Shown here one piece after another: positions 1 through 9,218 of a stretch of DNA of 64,000 nucleotides (the first letter of the stretch is position 1; each line of letters begins with the position of its first letter). This DNA comes from Longimicrobiales bacterium (GTDB lineage: Bacteria > Gemmatimonadota > Gemmatimonadetes > Longimicrobiales > Gaopeijiaceae): assembly GCA_965202985.1 (NCBI GenBank), contig CBDBCF010000001.1, positions 192,001 to 256,000 on the forward strand, written 5' to 3'. Both the position numbers and the translations under genes were made by a program. Below the pieces are notes generated by a model. It was given only the letters and a program-made list of their open reading frames with translations, was not told the origin of the DNA and did not search any database.

Positions 1-887
1 TCGAGCAGGCGGAACTGCCACGACGCGAAGCGCGCCAAGTCCTCCACCGACGACGCGAAGCCCGCCGCCGGCGCAATGCCCCGGGCCTGAAAGAACGGCG
101 CTTCGGATCGCTCGCCACGTCGGTCGAGTCGGGCGTAGCCGGTGGCCAGCCGGTCGCCCTGGTGCTCCGCTGGTATGTCGGTGAAGGTGTCGTCCATGCC
201 CAGCGGGTCCAGGATGCGACTCCGCACGTATTCGCGGAACTCCGTGCCGGACGCCTGCTCCACCAGCTGGCCTGCCAGCGCCATCCCCAAGTTGGAGTAC
301 TGGAAGTACTGGTGGGCGGGGTACAGCGTCTCCTGCTCGCCCAGCCCCTCAATCACCTCCTCGCGAGTCGGGAACGGGTAGTCGGGACCCGTCCAGTACG
401 GATGCGCCGACTCCCTGGGCAACCCGGACGAGTGCGTCAACACGCCTTCGACCGTGACCGGGCCGCCCGTGTGGGCCTGGGCAACGTGGTACCACGGCAG
501 GTGTTCCGACACCGGATCGCGCAGGCGAAGCTTGTCCTCGTCGCGCTGCTGCATGACGCCGATCGACGTGAACAGCTTCGAGATCGAGCAGATCGAGTAC
601 AGGGTGGACGGAGTGGCCGGCGCCTGTTCCTCCCTGTGGGCGAAGCCGTAGCCGCGCGCCCACAACAGGTCCTGGTCGTGGACGAGCCCCACCGAGACGC
701 CGGGTATCCTCTCGTAGGCCATCTTCGCGTCCAGCCAAGCCTCGAACAGGGCCTCGGCCTGCTGGAACCGGGGGTCGCGGGTGGGGTCGGCGGCGGTCTG
801 GGCGCATCCGGCGGACGGGACCAGGACGGCCAGCGACAGTGCCGCAACGCGCTTGGCCAAGCGCGCCGACAGAGAGGAGCGTTTCAT
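1..887 (-). CDS. Serine hydrolase, beta-lactamase/class C family, exported (3' end outside window)
   Basis: Manual minus-strand translation from ATG 887: MKRSSLSARLAKRVAALSLAVLVPSAGC...YSICSISKLFT (SxxK)...LTHSSG...FQYSNLG (YxN). No stop before the window edge, so it is missing from the ORF track. Confidence 0.85.
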   Translation of the reverse strand, partial: MKRSSLSARLAKRVAALSLAVLVPSAGCAQTAADPTRDPRFQQAEALFEAWLDAKMAYERIPGVSVGLVHDQDLLWARGYGFAHREEQAPATPSTLYSICSISKLFTSIGVMQQRDEDKLRLRDPVSEHLPWYHVAQAHTGGPVTVEGVLTHSSGLPRESAHPYWTGPDYPFPTREEVIEGLGEQETLYPAHQYFQYSNLGMALAGQLVEQASGTEFREYVRSRILDPLGMDDTFTDIPAEHQGDRLATGYARLDRRGERSEAPFFQARGIAPAAGFASSVEDLARFASWQFRLL

Positions 888-1107
888 CAAGCATCTCCGG
901 CTTGGGTGTGAAGTTCGGCGGTTCGGGCGGCCTCCGCCCTCGTCGCGCGAAGGTACGGCCACAAAGGCGAAGTCCGCACGTCCCGACCAAGCGCGGCCGT
1001 CCCGACCGAGCACGGACGGACTGGCAACAAAGGCGTGACCGCCCCACGTTGTCCGAGCATTTCCACGCGCCCATCGCAACCCTCCCCGACCCTCGGAGCA
1101 TCCACGC

Positions 1108-2805
1108 ATGTCCTCTCCCGAACTCTCGCAAGTCCGCCCGCCGGCCCGTTCCCTTGCCGTCGCGCGCCCAAGCGCCCTTGCGGCGGTCGCCGCCCTGGTC
1201 TTCTCGACCCTTGCCCCGCCCGTCGTCCGCGCACAGGACCTGGACGACCTCAAGGCCGAGGCGCTGTCGATGGTCGAAGCCCGGTCCAAGCAGGTGCAGG
1301 AGATCGTGGACATGCTGTTCTCGTTCTCCGAGCTGGGAATGCAGGAGTTCGAGACCCAGCGCTACTTGACCGGCATCCTCGAGGAGGCCGGCTTCGAGAT
1401 CGAGCTGGGGGTCGCGGGAATGCCCAGCGCCTGGACGGCCCGCTGGTCCCACGGCGACGGCACGCCGGTGATCGCGCTGGGATCGGACGTGGACGGGATT
1501 CCGCAATCGAACCAGAAGCCGGGCGTCGGCTATCGGGACCCGATCGTTTCCATGGCGCCGGGCCACGGCGAAGGCCACAACTCCGGGCAGGCCGTCAACA
1601 TCGCGGCGGCGCTGGCGGTCAAGGAGCTCATGGAGCGGGACAACATCTCGGGCACTCTGCTGGTCTGGCCGGGGATCGCGGAGGAGCAACTGGGCTCCAA
1701 GGCCTACTTCGTGCGCGAAGGCGTCTTCGAGGGCGTGGACGTGAACCTGTTCACCCACGTGAGCAGTAACTTCGGCATCTCGTGGGGACAGGGCGGCGGC
1801 AACGCCCTCATGTCGGTCCAGTACCGCTTCGCCGGCGAGACCGCCCACTCGGCGGGCGCGCCTTGGCGGGGTCGTTCGGCGCTGGACGCGGCCATGCTCA
1901 TGGCGCAAGCGATCGAGTACAAGCGCGAGCACCTGCGACCCGCGTACCGCATTCACTACATCATCGTCGACGGAGGCGACCAGCCCAACGTCGTGCCCCA
2001 GACGGCCACGATCTGGTTCTTCTTCCGCGAGCGCGACTACGAAGGCGTCATGGCGATCTACAACGCCGCGAACAAGATGGCGGAAGGGGCGGCGCTCATG
2101 ACCGACACGCAGGTCGACACGATCATGACGATAGGCTCGGCGTGGAGCCGCCACTTCAGCAAGCCGGTCGCGGAGGCGACCTACGCCAACATCGAGCGGG
2201 TCGGCCTGCCCGAATGGGACGAGGACGACATTGCGCTGGCCAAGGGCATTCAGCGCGAGATGGGCAGCGAGGAATCGGGGCTGGCCACCGAGATCCGCGA
2301 GTTGCAAGGTCCGGTCGACTTGAGTCGGTCGCTGGGCGGCGGCTCCGACGACATCGGCGACATCTCGTGGAACATGCCCACGGTGACGCTGCGATTTCCG
2401 TCCAACGTGAGCGGCACGCCGGGGCACAACTGGGCCGCTGGCATCACGATGGCGACTCCTATTGCGCACAAGGGAGCCGTCGCCGGCGCCAAGGTGCAGG
2501 CGCTTACGCTGCTGGACCTGCTGCTGGACGAGGACTTGATCGCCGACGCTTGGGACTACTTCAACGACGTGCAGACCAAAGAGACCACCTACACGCCGTT
2601 CATTACGCCCGACGACCAGCCCGCCGTTTGGCTCAACGCCGACATCATGCAGCGATGGAAGCCCGAACTCGAGAAGTACTACTACGACCCCTCGCGCTTC
2701 GACTCGTACCTGGAGCAGCTGGGCATCGAGTACCCGACCTTGCGGGGCACGCCGGTCAGCGAAGAAGACGACGCAGCGGGATCAAGCGGTGGCGCGGAAC
2801 GCTAG
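1108..2805 (+). CDS. M20 family amidohydrolase (AbgB-like) with signal peptide
   Basis: ELGMQEFET, GSDVDG, GHGEGHN, AEEQLG, AHSAGAPWRGRSALDA, GGDQPNVVP, GGSDDIGD motifs. Confidence 0.85.
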   Translation: MSSPELSQVRPPARSLAVARPSALAAVAALVFSTLAPPVVRAQDLDDLKAEALSMVEARSKQVQEIVDMLFSFSELGMQEFETQRYLTGILEEAGFEIELGVAGMPSAWTARWSHGDGTPVIALGSDVDGIPQSNQKPGVGYRDPIVSMAPGHGEGHNSGQAVNIAAALAVKELMERDNISGTLLVWPGIAEEQLGSKAYFVREGVFEGVDVNLFTHVSSNFGISWGQGGGNALMSVQYRFAGETAHSAGAPWRGRSALDAAMLMAQAIEYKREHLRPAYRIHYIIVDGGDQPNVVPQTATIWFFFRERDYEGVMAIYNAANKMAEGAALMTDTQVDTIMTIGSAWSRHFSKPVAEATYANIERVGLPEWDEDDIALAKGIQREMGSEESGLATEIRELQGPVDLSRSLGGGSDDIGDISWNMPTVTLRFPSNVSGTPGHNWAAGITMATPIAHKGAVAGAKVQALTLLDLLLDEDLIADAWDYFNDVQTKETTYTPFITPDDQPAVWLNADIMQRWKPELEKYYYDPSRFDSYLEQLGIEYPTLRGTPVSEEDDAAGSSGGAER

Positions 2806-3857
2806 CGCTTCTCGTACCGCCGCAGCCGCCGGGGCCCTACTTCGGCGCCGTACACGTTGCCGTCGCGGTCCACGGCCACGCCCTCGGCGGCGCTGGTCCC
2901 CGCCCCGTCGGGGTCGGGTTCGGGATCGGGGATGAACGCGGTCACCCAGCCGTCCCGGGCGCTGCCGATGTAGATGCCGCGTCGGTAGCCCGGGTTCCGT
3001 CGCGCGTTGGATTCCGAGTCGGCGGAGTAGAGCACGTCGTTGGAGTCGATGAACAAGCCGCTCGGGCGCCCGAACTGCGTCCACGTCTCCAAGTGGGCAC
3101 CCTCCTGGTCGAAGATCTGGATGCGGCTGTTCCCGCGGTCGCCCACGAAGAGGCGGCCTTGCGAGTCCATGGCCAGCGCGTGAGGGTCGCGAAACTGGCC
3201 CAGCCCCGTCCCGGTCTCGCCCCAGGCCATGACGAACGATCCGTCGGGCGCCAGCTTCACGATTCGATTGTTGCCGCCGGCGTCGTGTCCGTCGGCCACG
3301 AAGATGTGCCCGTCGGGCGCGATCAGCACGTCCGAAGGCTTGGCGAAGATCCCCTCGCCTTCGCCGGCGACGCCGTCCACCCCGAGCTTCATGAGCAGCT
3401 CGCCTTCGGGACTGTATTTGAGAATCACGTGGCCCACGCCTTCGGGCACGGGCGCGTAGCCCACGGCGTCGGTGATCCACACGGCACCGTCGCCGTCCAC
3501 GAAGATGCCGTGGGGCCAGACGATCTCTCCCGCCCCGAAGCTGCGCACCAAGTTGCCCTCCGGGTCGAAGAGCATGACGGGATTCAAGTCGCTTCCGACG
3601 CACAGGTTGGCGCCGCAGCGGTCGGCCACCCAGATGTTGCCGTTGCCGTCGGGGTAGACGGCGCTGGTGGCGCCCCAGGCCCGGTCCAGCTTGGCCCAGC
3701 CGTCCACGGCCGTGTAGGGATTGGGGAAGGCCGCCTGGGCCTGCGCTACGCCGTGGCCGATGCCGCCGACGAAGCCGGACGCCGCGGCCAAGAGAACGGC
3801 GAGGACGGCGCCGGACGCGGGCGCCGAACGGGGCGAGAACAAGAGCGAAGGAATCAT
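2802..3857 (-). CDS. NHL-repeat beta-propeller (PAL-like), exported
   Basis: C-terminal part of the 887-aa ORF; ATG 3857 overlaps the HupE stop (ATGA); NHL repeats WPHGIFVD, FAKPSDV, GQFRDPHALAMD, DRGNSRIQIF. Confidence 0.85.
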   Translation of the reverse strand: MIPSLLFSPRSAPASGAVLAVLLAAASGFVGGIGHGVAQAQAAFPNPYTAVDGWAKLDRAWGATSAVYPDGNGNIWVADRCGANLCVGSDLNPVMLFDPEGNLVRSFGAGEIVWPHGIFVDGDGAVWITDAVGYAPVPEGVGHVILKYSPEGELLMKLGVDGVAGEGEGIFAKPSDVLIAPDGHIFVADGHDAGGNNRIVKLAPDGSFVMAWGETGTGLGQFRDPHALAMDSQGRLFVGDRGNSRIQIFDQEGAHLETWTQFGRPSGLFIDSNDVLYSADSESNARRNPGYRRGIYIGSARDGWVTAFIPDPEPDPDGAGTSAAEGVAVDRDGNVYGAEVGPRRLRRYEKR

Positions 3858-5428
3858 GGGCGGGGTCGTTCCGAATCGGAGGTGGACGGGGAAGCGGACT
3901 TGTCGTCGTTCGTATTCTTGGGCGGCCTGCCGTCCGTGGGCAACCGCGCGGCCGAAGGCAACCCGGCTTCCAGTCGCCGGTAGACGCCCCCAAGCAGCCA
4001 CGCCACGCCCAACGCCGCCAGCAGCAGAAGCACCCACCGAAGCGCTGCCGCGCCGAACGCCGCGTCGATCTCGGGAACACGGAAATCGTACGCCGTCAGC
4101 CGGTCCCACCGCTCCGCCGTCCAGTGCCACGCCGAGTGGGCCACGACCACCGAGATCAGAACCTTGGCCGTCCGCCGCACCCGCTCGCGCTCCGGCCGCA
4201 CCCGCACCCGGCCTGACCGCCCACCGGCCGCCCGTGCCCACGCCCGCCGGCGCCCGGCCCCCGCTCTTGCGGGCAACAGCCACGCCGCAGCGCCCGCCAG
4301 CACGACCAGCACCGCCAGTTGGCCCAGCTCGACGCCGACGTTGAACGCCAGCAGCGAGGTCCACAGGTGCGCGCCGGCGAACTGAAGCGATTCGCGCAGT
4401 AGAAACGAGAACCCGAAGCCGTGGACCAGCCCGAAGGCGAACGCCCACTTCCAACGCCGGTCCAGCCGTTTCGCAACCACGTTCTCGACGGCCATCCACA
4501 AGATCGACGCCGCGATCAGCGTCTCCACGAGCGGGGGAAACCACAGCGCCCTGGGCGTCAGCCCCAGCACCGACGCGGCCAGCGTCATCGAGTGCGCGAC
4601 CGTGAACGCCGTCGCCACCGACACCAGCGGCCACAACCGCCGCAGCGGCGCAGCCAAGCACAGCAGGAACAGCAGGTGGTCGGCGCCGTCCAGTATGTGC
4701 GCGAACCCCATCGCCACGAACCGCAGGAAAGCCTGATGCCAGCGAGGGTCCAGCCTGACGCGCCCGGGGTTTCCGTCGTACTGGTAGATCCGTTCGGTCT
4801 CGCCGGGGGTCACGTAGCGCAGTACGGTGCTGGTGCGCAGCCCCAGGTGAGCCCATGCAGGATCGATGGAGAAGCGCGACGCCTCCGACGCCACCGGCAC
4901 GCGCAAGATCACGTCCAGCATGGCCTGCTCCAGCACCAGATCGATGCCGGGCGACAAGCGGGGGCCTGAACGCACGTGGCGCAGGGCGCGGTCGTATCCC
5001 GAGAACGACGGATCCGACGGAAGCGAGACTCGGGCGAAGGCGACCTCGGGCGTCGGCAACCGGACCGAACCCTCCCAGAGCGTCGCGTACTCCGCGATCC
5101 ACAGAGCCGCCTGGTCCGCCAGCAAGGGGCGAACCGCCGCCAAGTCCACGTAGCCCGGCCCCCGAACCGGGAACTCCACATCGCGCATGGAAGCCAGCGG
5201 CACGCGGACGACCAGCCAAAGGGCGCCGTCTTCCGCCTTGACGAAGGCCCGCACCACCACGTCCGCCGGCACCTCGTGCGCGGCACGCGGGGCTGGAAAC
5301 GCCGCCCATCCCATCATGGCCACGCCCGCCGTCGCCACAGCAAGTCGAATCCCCGCGACCGCCCGCGCCGCCCACTGCGCAACCCGGGCCGTCCACCTCC
5401 CCCGTCCAACGACCCGCCGCCTCGACAT
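3854..5428 (-). CDS. HupE/UreJ family membrane protein with N-terminal periplasmic domain
   Basis: GFAHILDGADHLLF, FTVAHSMTL, FGLVHGFGF, FNVGVELGQ motifs. Start uncertain (ATG 5428 or 5317). Confidence 0.85.
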   Translation of the reverse strand: MSRRRVVGRGRWTARVAQWAARAVAGIRLAVATAGVAMMGWAAFPAPRAAHEVPADVVVRAFVKAEDGALWLVVRVPLASMRDVEFPVRGPGYVDLAAVRPLLADQAALWIAEYATLWEGSVRLPTPEVAFARVSLPSDPSFSGYDRALRHVRSGPRLSPGIDLVLEQAMLDVILRVPVASEASRFSIDPAWAHLGLRTSTVLRYVTPGETERIYQYDGNPGRVRLDPRWHQAFLRFVAMGFAHILDGADHLLFLLCLAAPLRRLWPLVSVATAFTVAHSMTLAASVLGLTPRALWFPPLVETLIAASILWMAVENVVAKRLDRRWKWAFAFGLVHGFGFSFLLRESLQFAGAHLWTSLLAFNVGVELGQLAVLVVLAGAAAWLLPARAGAGRRRAWARAAGGRSGRVRVRPERERVRRTAKVLISVVVAHSAWHWTAERWDRLTAYDFRVPEIDAAFGAAALRWVLLLLAALGVAWLLGGVYRRLEAGLPSAARLPTDGRPPKNTNDDKSASPSTSDSERPRP

Positions 5429-5537
5429 TGGCGCGGGGGCCCTCGCGCCGTACCTTGCCGTGCACGGTCCCCGTTGTCGGGCCAGCAACCCCCGTCGCCG
5501 GGCCGGACGGACCTTCGTTCCCCCAGGGAGTTCAGCC

Positions 5538-6731
5538 ATGAAGCGCAACCTGTCCATCGGCGGCGGCCTGCTGATCGTCGCCGCCCTCGTCTTCGTTGTT
5601 CAGAATCGCCTGCAAAGCGCCGCGGCCGCCGCGCCGGAGGCGCCCCTCTTCGAGGTGGACCCCTTCTGGCCGCAGCCCCTGCCGAACCACTGGGTCCTGG
5701 GGTCCGTGGTGGGCGTGGGCGTCGACTCGCGGGACCACGTGTTCGTCATCCACCGCCAAGCCCCCTTGAACGAGCGCACGGAGATCGGCGCGTCCACGGA
5801 CCCGCCGACCGGCGAATGCTGCCTTCCGGCACCCTACGTACTGGAGTTCGACCCTGAAGGCAACTTGGCCAACAGCTGGGGCGGCCCCGGCGAGGGCTAC
5901 GACTGGCCGCAGTCCAACCACGGCATCACGGTGGACCCCATGGACAACATCTGGATCGGCGGGAACGGCCCCGGCGACTCGCAGATCCTCAAGTTCAGCC
6001 GAAGCGGCGAGTTCCTGATGCAGATCGGCGAAGCCGGGCTTCCGACCAACAGCCTGAGCCGCGAGCACTTCGGCAGAGTGGCCAAGATCTCCTTCGACGC
6101 GAACGCGAACGAAGCCTACTTGGCCGACGGCTACGCCAACAAGCGGGTCGCGGTCCTGGACATCTCCTCGGGCGAGTTCAAGCGCTTCTGGGGCGCCTAC
6201 GGCAACGAGCCCAGCGACGAGGACCTGGGCCGCTACGATCCCACCGCGCCCCCGGCCCCCCAGTTTCGGAACCCGGTGCACTGCGCCGATCCGTCCAACG
6301 ACGGCCACGTCTACGTCTGCGACCGCGCCAACAACCGCATTCAAGTGTTCCGGACCGACGGCACCTTCGTCGCCGAGAAAGTCATCGCGCCCCTGACCCT
6401 GGGCGACGGCGCGGTGTGGGACATCGCGTTCTCCCGCGACCCGGAGCAGAAGTACATGTACGTGGCCGACGGCAAGAACATGAAGGTGTACGTGATGGAT
6501 CGGCTGTCGCTGGAGATCCTGACCAGCTTCGGCGACGGCGGCCGCCAGCCGGGGCTGTTCTTCGCCGTGCACAGCATCGCCACCGACTCGCAGGGCAACA
6601 TCTACACGACCGAGACCTACGAAGGCAAGCGGGTGCAGAAGTTCGTGCACAAGGGCGTGGGACCCGTCCCGGCGATGGACCAAGGCGCCCCGTGGCCCGC
6701 CCGCACAGGCGACAACAGCAGCAACAACTGA
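5538..6731 (+). CDS. NHL-repeat beta-propeller (PAL-like), exported or membrane-anchored
   Basis: GGGAG RBS then ATG 5538; FEVDPFWPQPLP, SNHGITVD, ADGYANKRV, CDRANNRIQVF, VHSIATDSQGNIY. Confidence 0.85.
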   Translation: MKRNLSIGGGLLIVAALVFVVQNRLQSAAAAAPEAPLFEVDPFWPQPLPNHWVLGSVVGVGVDSRDHVFVIHRQAPLNERTEIGASTDPPTGECCLPAPYVLEFDPEGNLANSWGGPGEGYDWPQSNHGITVDPMDNIWIGGNGPGDSQILKFSRSGEFLMQIGEAGLPTNSLSREHFGRVAKISFDANANEAYLADGYANKRVAVLDISSGEFKRFWGAYGNEPSDEDLGRYDPTAPPAPQFRNPVHCADPSNDGHVYVCDRANNRIQVFRTDGTFVAEKVIAPLTLGDGAVWDIAFSRDPEQKYMYVADGKNMKVYVMDRLSLEILTSFGDGGRQPGLFFAVHSIATDSQGNIYTTETYEGKRVQKFVHKGVGPVPAMDQGAPWPARTGDNSSNN

Positions 6732-6781
6732 AAACCAAGTCCCCCAAGAACGCCTCCACTGCAAACAAGGAGTCCGACACC

Positions 6782-7438
6782 ATGAGACGCCCCGCATTCG
6801 TTACGACCTTGCTGATCGCGGCCGTGCTGGCCCCGACCACAACCGCCTCGGCCCAGAGCGCGCGCATGAACTTCTTCATCACCAGCGAGGGGCCCGGAGA
6901 CGGCGCCAACCTGGGCGGGCTGGAAGGGGCCGACGCCCACTGCGAGACGCTGGCGTACGCGCAAGGCGCCGGCGGGCTGGGCTGGAAGGCCTACCTGAGC
7001 ACGATCGACGAGGACGGCAACCCTGCCGTGCACGCCCGCGATCGCATCGGCGACGGGCCTTGGCACAACTACGCGGGCGTGCGGATCGCCGGCGACGTGG
7101 ACGAACTCCACTCGGACCGCGCCAACCTGACCAAGGAGTCGATCCTGACGGAGAAGGGCGACCCCGTGAACGGCCGCGGCGACAGCCCCAACATGCACGA
7201 CATCTTGACGGGCTCGAACATCGACGGCACCGCCTTCGCGACGGACGACTACGACAACTGCGACAACTGGACCGGCAACGGCGACGGCAGTGCGCGGGTC
7301 GGCCATCACGACCGCATCGGCGGAGGTCAGAACCCCACGTCGTGGAACTCCGCCCATTCGTCCCGCGGGTGCAGTCAGCAGGACCTGCAGGGCACGGGCG
7401 GAAACGGCCTGTTCTACTGCTTCGCGCCGGCATCGTGA
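6782..7438 (+). CDS. Secreted lectin-like protein (endostatin/DUF1554-like fold)
   Basis: AAGGAG RBS, signal peptide; GANLGGLEGADAHC, WKAYLS, ARDRIG, HDILTG, SRGC...LFYCFA. Confidence 0.7.
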   Translation: MRRPAFVTTLLIAAVLAPTTTASAQSARMNFFITSEGPGDGANLGGLEGADAHCETLAYAQGAGGLGWKAYLSTIDEDGNPAVHARDRIGDGPWHNYAGVRIAGDVDELHSDRANLTKESILTEKGDPVNGRGDSPNMHDILTGSNIDGTAFATDDYDNCDNWTGNGDGSARVGHHDRIGGGQNPTSWNSAHSSRGCSQQDLQGTGGNGLFYCFAPAS

Positions 7439-8340
7439 CCAGGTGCGTTCCAACCGCGACCGCGCGCACCACGGTGCGGCCTCCGCGCACCGCAACCGGG
7501 CGGCTTCCCCTTGCGGGCCCGGGGTTGGCGCTCGCGCTGGCGTCTCTTTCGGCTTGCGGCTCGGACGACGCCGACCCGGCCGTTGCGCAGGCCGACCCGC
7601 CCGCCGAAGCCCAGACGCGCGTCTTCATCGAAGAGATGACCTGGACCGAGATCCGCGACGCAGTCGCAGGCGGCGCCACCACGGTCGTCCTCCCCACGGC
7701 CGGTACCGAGCAGAACGGCCCCCACATGGTCATGGGCAAGCACCGCTACATCGTCGAAGAGGCGTCCAAGCGCATCGCCCGCGAGCTGGGGAACGCCCTG
7801 GTGGCGCCGGCGGTCACCTACGTGCCCGAGGGCGACGTGGACCCGCCTTCGGGTCACATGCGATTCCCTGGCACGATCACGTTGCCGAACGAGCACTTCA
7901 TGAAGCTGCTGGAGTACGCCGCGCGAAGCTTCAGGGTCCACGGCTTCACGGACATCGTGTTCATCGGCGACAGCGGCGGCAATCAGCGCGGCATGGAGTC
8001 CGTGGCGGCGATGCTCAACGACGAGTGGGGCGGCGAAGGCGCCCGGGTTCACTTCGTCGGCGACTACTATGCGGCCAACGGATTCCGGGAGTGGCTCGCG
8101 GAGCAGGGCGAGACCGAAGAGACGATCGGCAGGCACGCGGGCATCACCGACACGTCGATCCTCATGTACGTGGCGCCCCAGCACATTCGCATGGACGCGC
8201 GCGCGCCGGGCGGCGGATTCGAGGGCAGCGGCGTGTCGGGCGATCCCACGCGGGCGACGGCGGAGTACGGCCGAACCGGGATGGACCTGCGCGTAGCGGC
8301 GGCCGTCCGGCAGATCCGCGCCTCCGTCGGGGAGCGCTGA
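7435..8340 (+). CDS. Creatininase family amidohydrolase, probable lipoprotein
   Basis: IEEMTWTEI, GTEQNGPHMVMGKH, GDSGGN, HAGITDTS; lipobox LSAC; GTGA overlap with upstream gene. Confidence 0.85.
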   Translation: MTRCVPTATARTTVRPPRTATGRLPLAGPGLALALASLSACGSDDADPAVAQADPPAEAQTRVFIEEMTWTEIRDAVAGGATTVVLPTAGTEQNGPHMVMGKHRYIVEEASKRIARELGNALVAPAVTYVPEGDVDPPSGHMRFPGTITLPNEHFMKLLEYAARSFRVHGFTDIVFIGDSGGNQRGMESVAAMLNDEWGGEGARVHFVGDYYAANGFREWLAEQGETEETIGRHAGITDTSILMYVAPQHIRMDARAPGGGFEGSGVSGDPTRATAEYGRTGMDLRVAAAVRQIRASVGER

Positions 8341-9113
8341 GGGCCGCGCCGGCGTTGGCGGCGTTGGCTCTGGGCGCCGCCCCGGCCGCGGCCCAGCAGT
8401 CGGTCGCGTCGCCAGACTCGGCGGGCCCGCCGTTCGTCCTCTCCGGCGAGGTCGTCGACGCCGTGAACGAGCGTCCCGTGATCGCCGCCGCGGTCAAGTT
8501 CCCCGAGCTGGCGCGCATGGCGTTGACCGGCGTGGACGGCCGCTTCTCGCTGGACGACTTCCCCTCGGGCACGTGGGAGGTCGAGGTCCGGCAGCTCGGC
8601 TACCACGCCAGCGTCAGCCGCGTGGCCCTGTCGGAAGGCGCCGGCCTCTTCGTCCGGCTGTCGCCCGACCCCATCGCCCTGGAGGGCCTCCGCGTGCACT
8701 CTCGCGCAGAGCGGCTTCTGGCCCGGCGACGCCGCTTCTTTCCCTATCGGGTCGTGAACTTCGGGGCGGCCGACTTCCGCGACGCCGTGAACCCCAGCCC
8801 CGCAGCGGTGCTCAGGCGGAACGGTCGCGTGCCCGTCTTCACATGCACAAGCACGGGCCGGGACGGCGTCCCCGACGACTACGTCTGCACGACCAGCCGC
8901 GACGGCCCCACGCCGATCTCGGTCTACTTGGACGAGCTGCCGCTCCCCGGCGGCTTGGCGTTCCTGGAAGGGCTGGACCACCGCGACATCCACTCCATGG
9001 ACCTGCTGGCCTACCCCAGAGGCGGACCCGAGCTGCGCATATACTCCGTGGGGTTCGTGCGCTGGCTGAACAGAGGCCGGGCGTCGCTTACGCCCCTGAA
9101 GTGGCTGAAGTGA
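8337..9113 (+). CDS. CarboxypepD_reg-like domain protein with C-terminal TonB-plug-like segment
   Basis: LSGEVVDA...PVIAAAV...TGVDGRFSL...VRQLGY...DPIALEGLRV, then ISVYLDE...DIHSMDL...ELRIYS. Start uncertain (CTG 8337 or TTG 8355). Confidence 0.6.
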   Translation: MRAAPALAALALGAAPAAAQQSVASPDSAGPPFVLSGEVVDAVNERPVIAAAVKFPELARMALTGVDGRFSLDDFPSGTWEVEVRQLGYHASVSRVALSEGAGLFVRLSPDPIALEGLRVHSRAERLLARRRRFFPYRVVNFGAADFRDAVNPSPAAVLRRNGRVPVFTCTSTGRDGVPDDYVCTTSRDGPTPISVYLDELPLPGGLAFLEGLDHRDIHSMDLLAYPRGGPELRIYSVGFVRWLNRGRASLTPLKWLK

Positions 9114-9157
9114 CGCTCCCGCGCGCTTGCAGGGTGTCCAAGAAGCTGCCCGCACGG

Positions 9158-9163
9158 TATAAT
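9158..9163 (+). promoter_or_regulatory. Sigma70-type -10 box for the ABC operon
   Basis: Perfect TATAAT in GC-rich intergenic DNA about 55 nt before potA; -35 weak. Confidence 0.5.
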
Positions 9164-9218
9164 TGGGCGTAGAGCATCGGTCACGCCTGCCACGACCTTA
9201 CTGAACGAGGATCCCCCG

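Noticed and set aside
2802..5465. 887-aa HupE-NHL fusion
   Set aside because: The upstream part is out of frame with HupE; the two genes are joined by an ATGA overlap at 3854-3857
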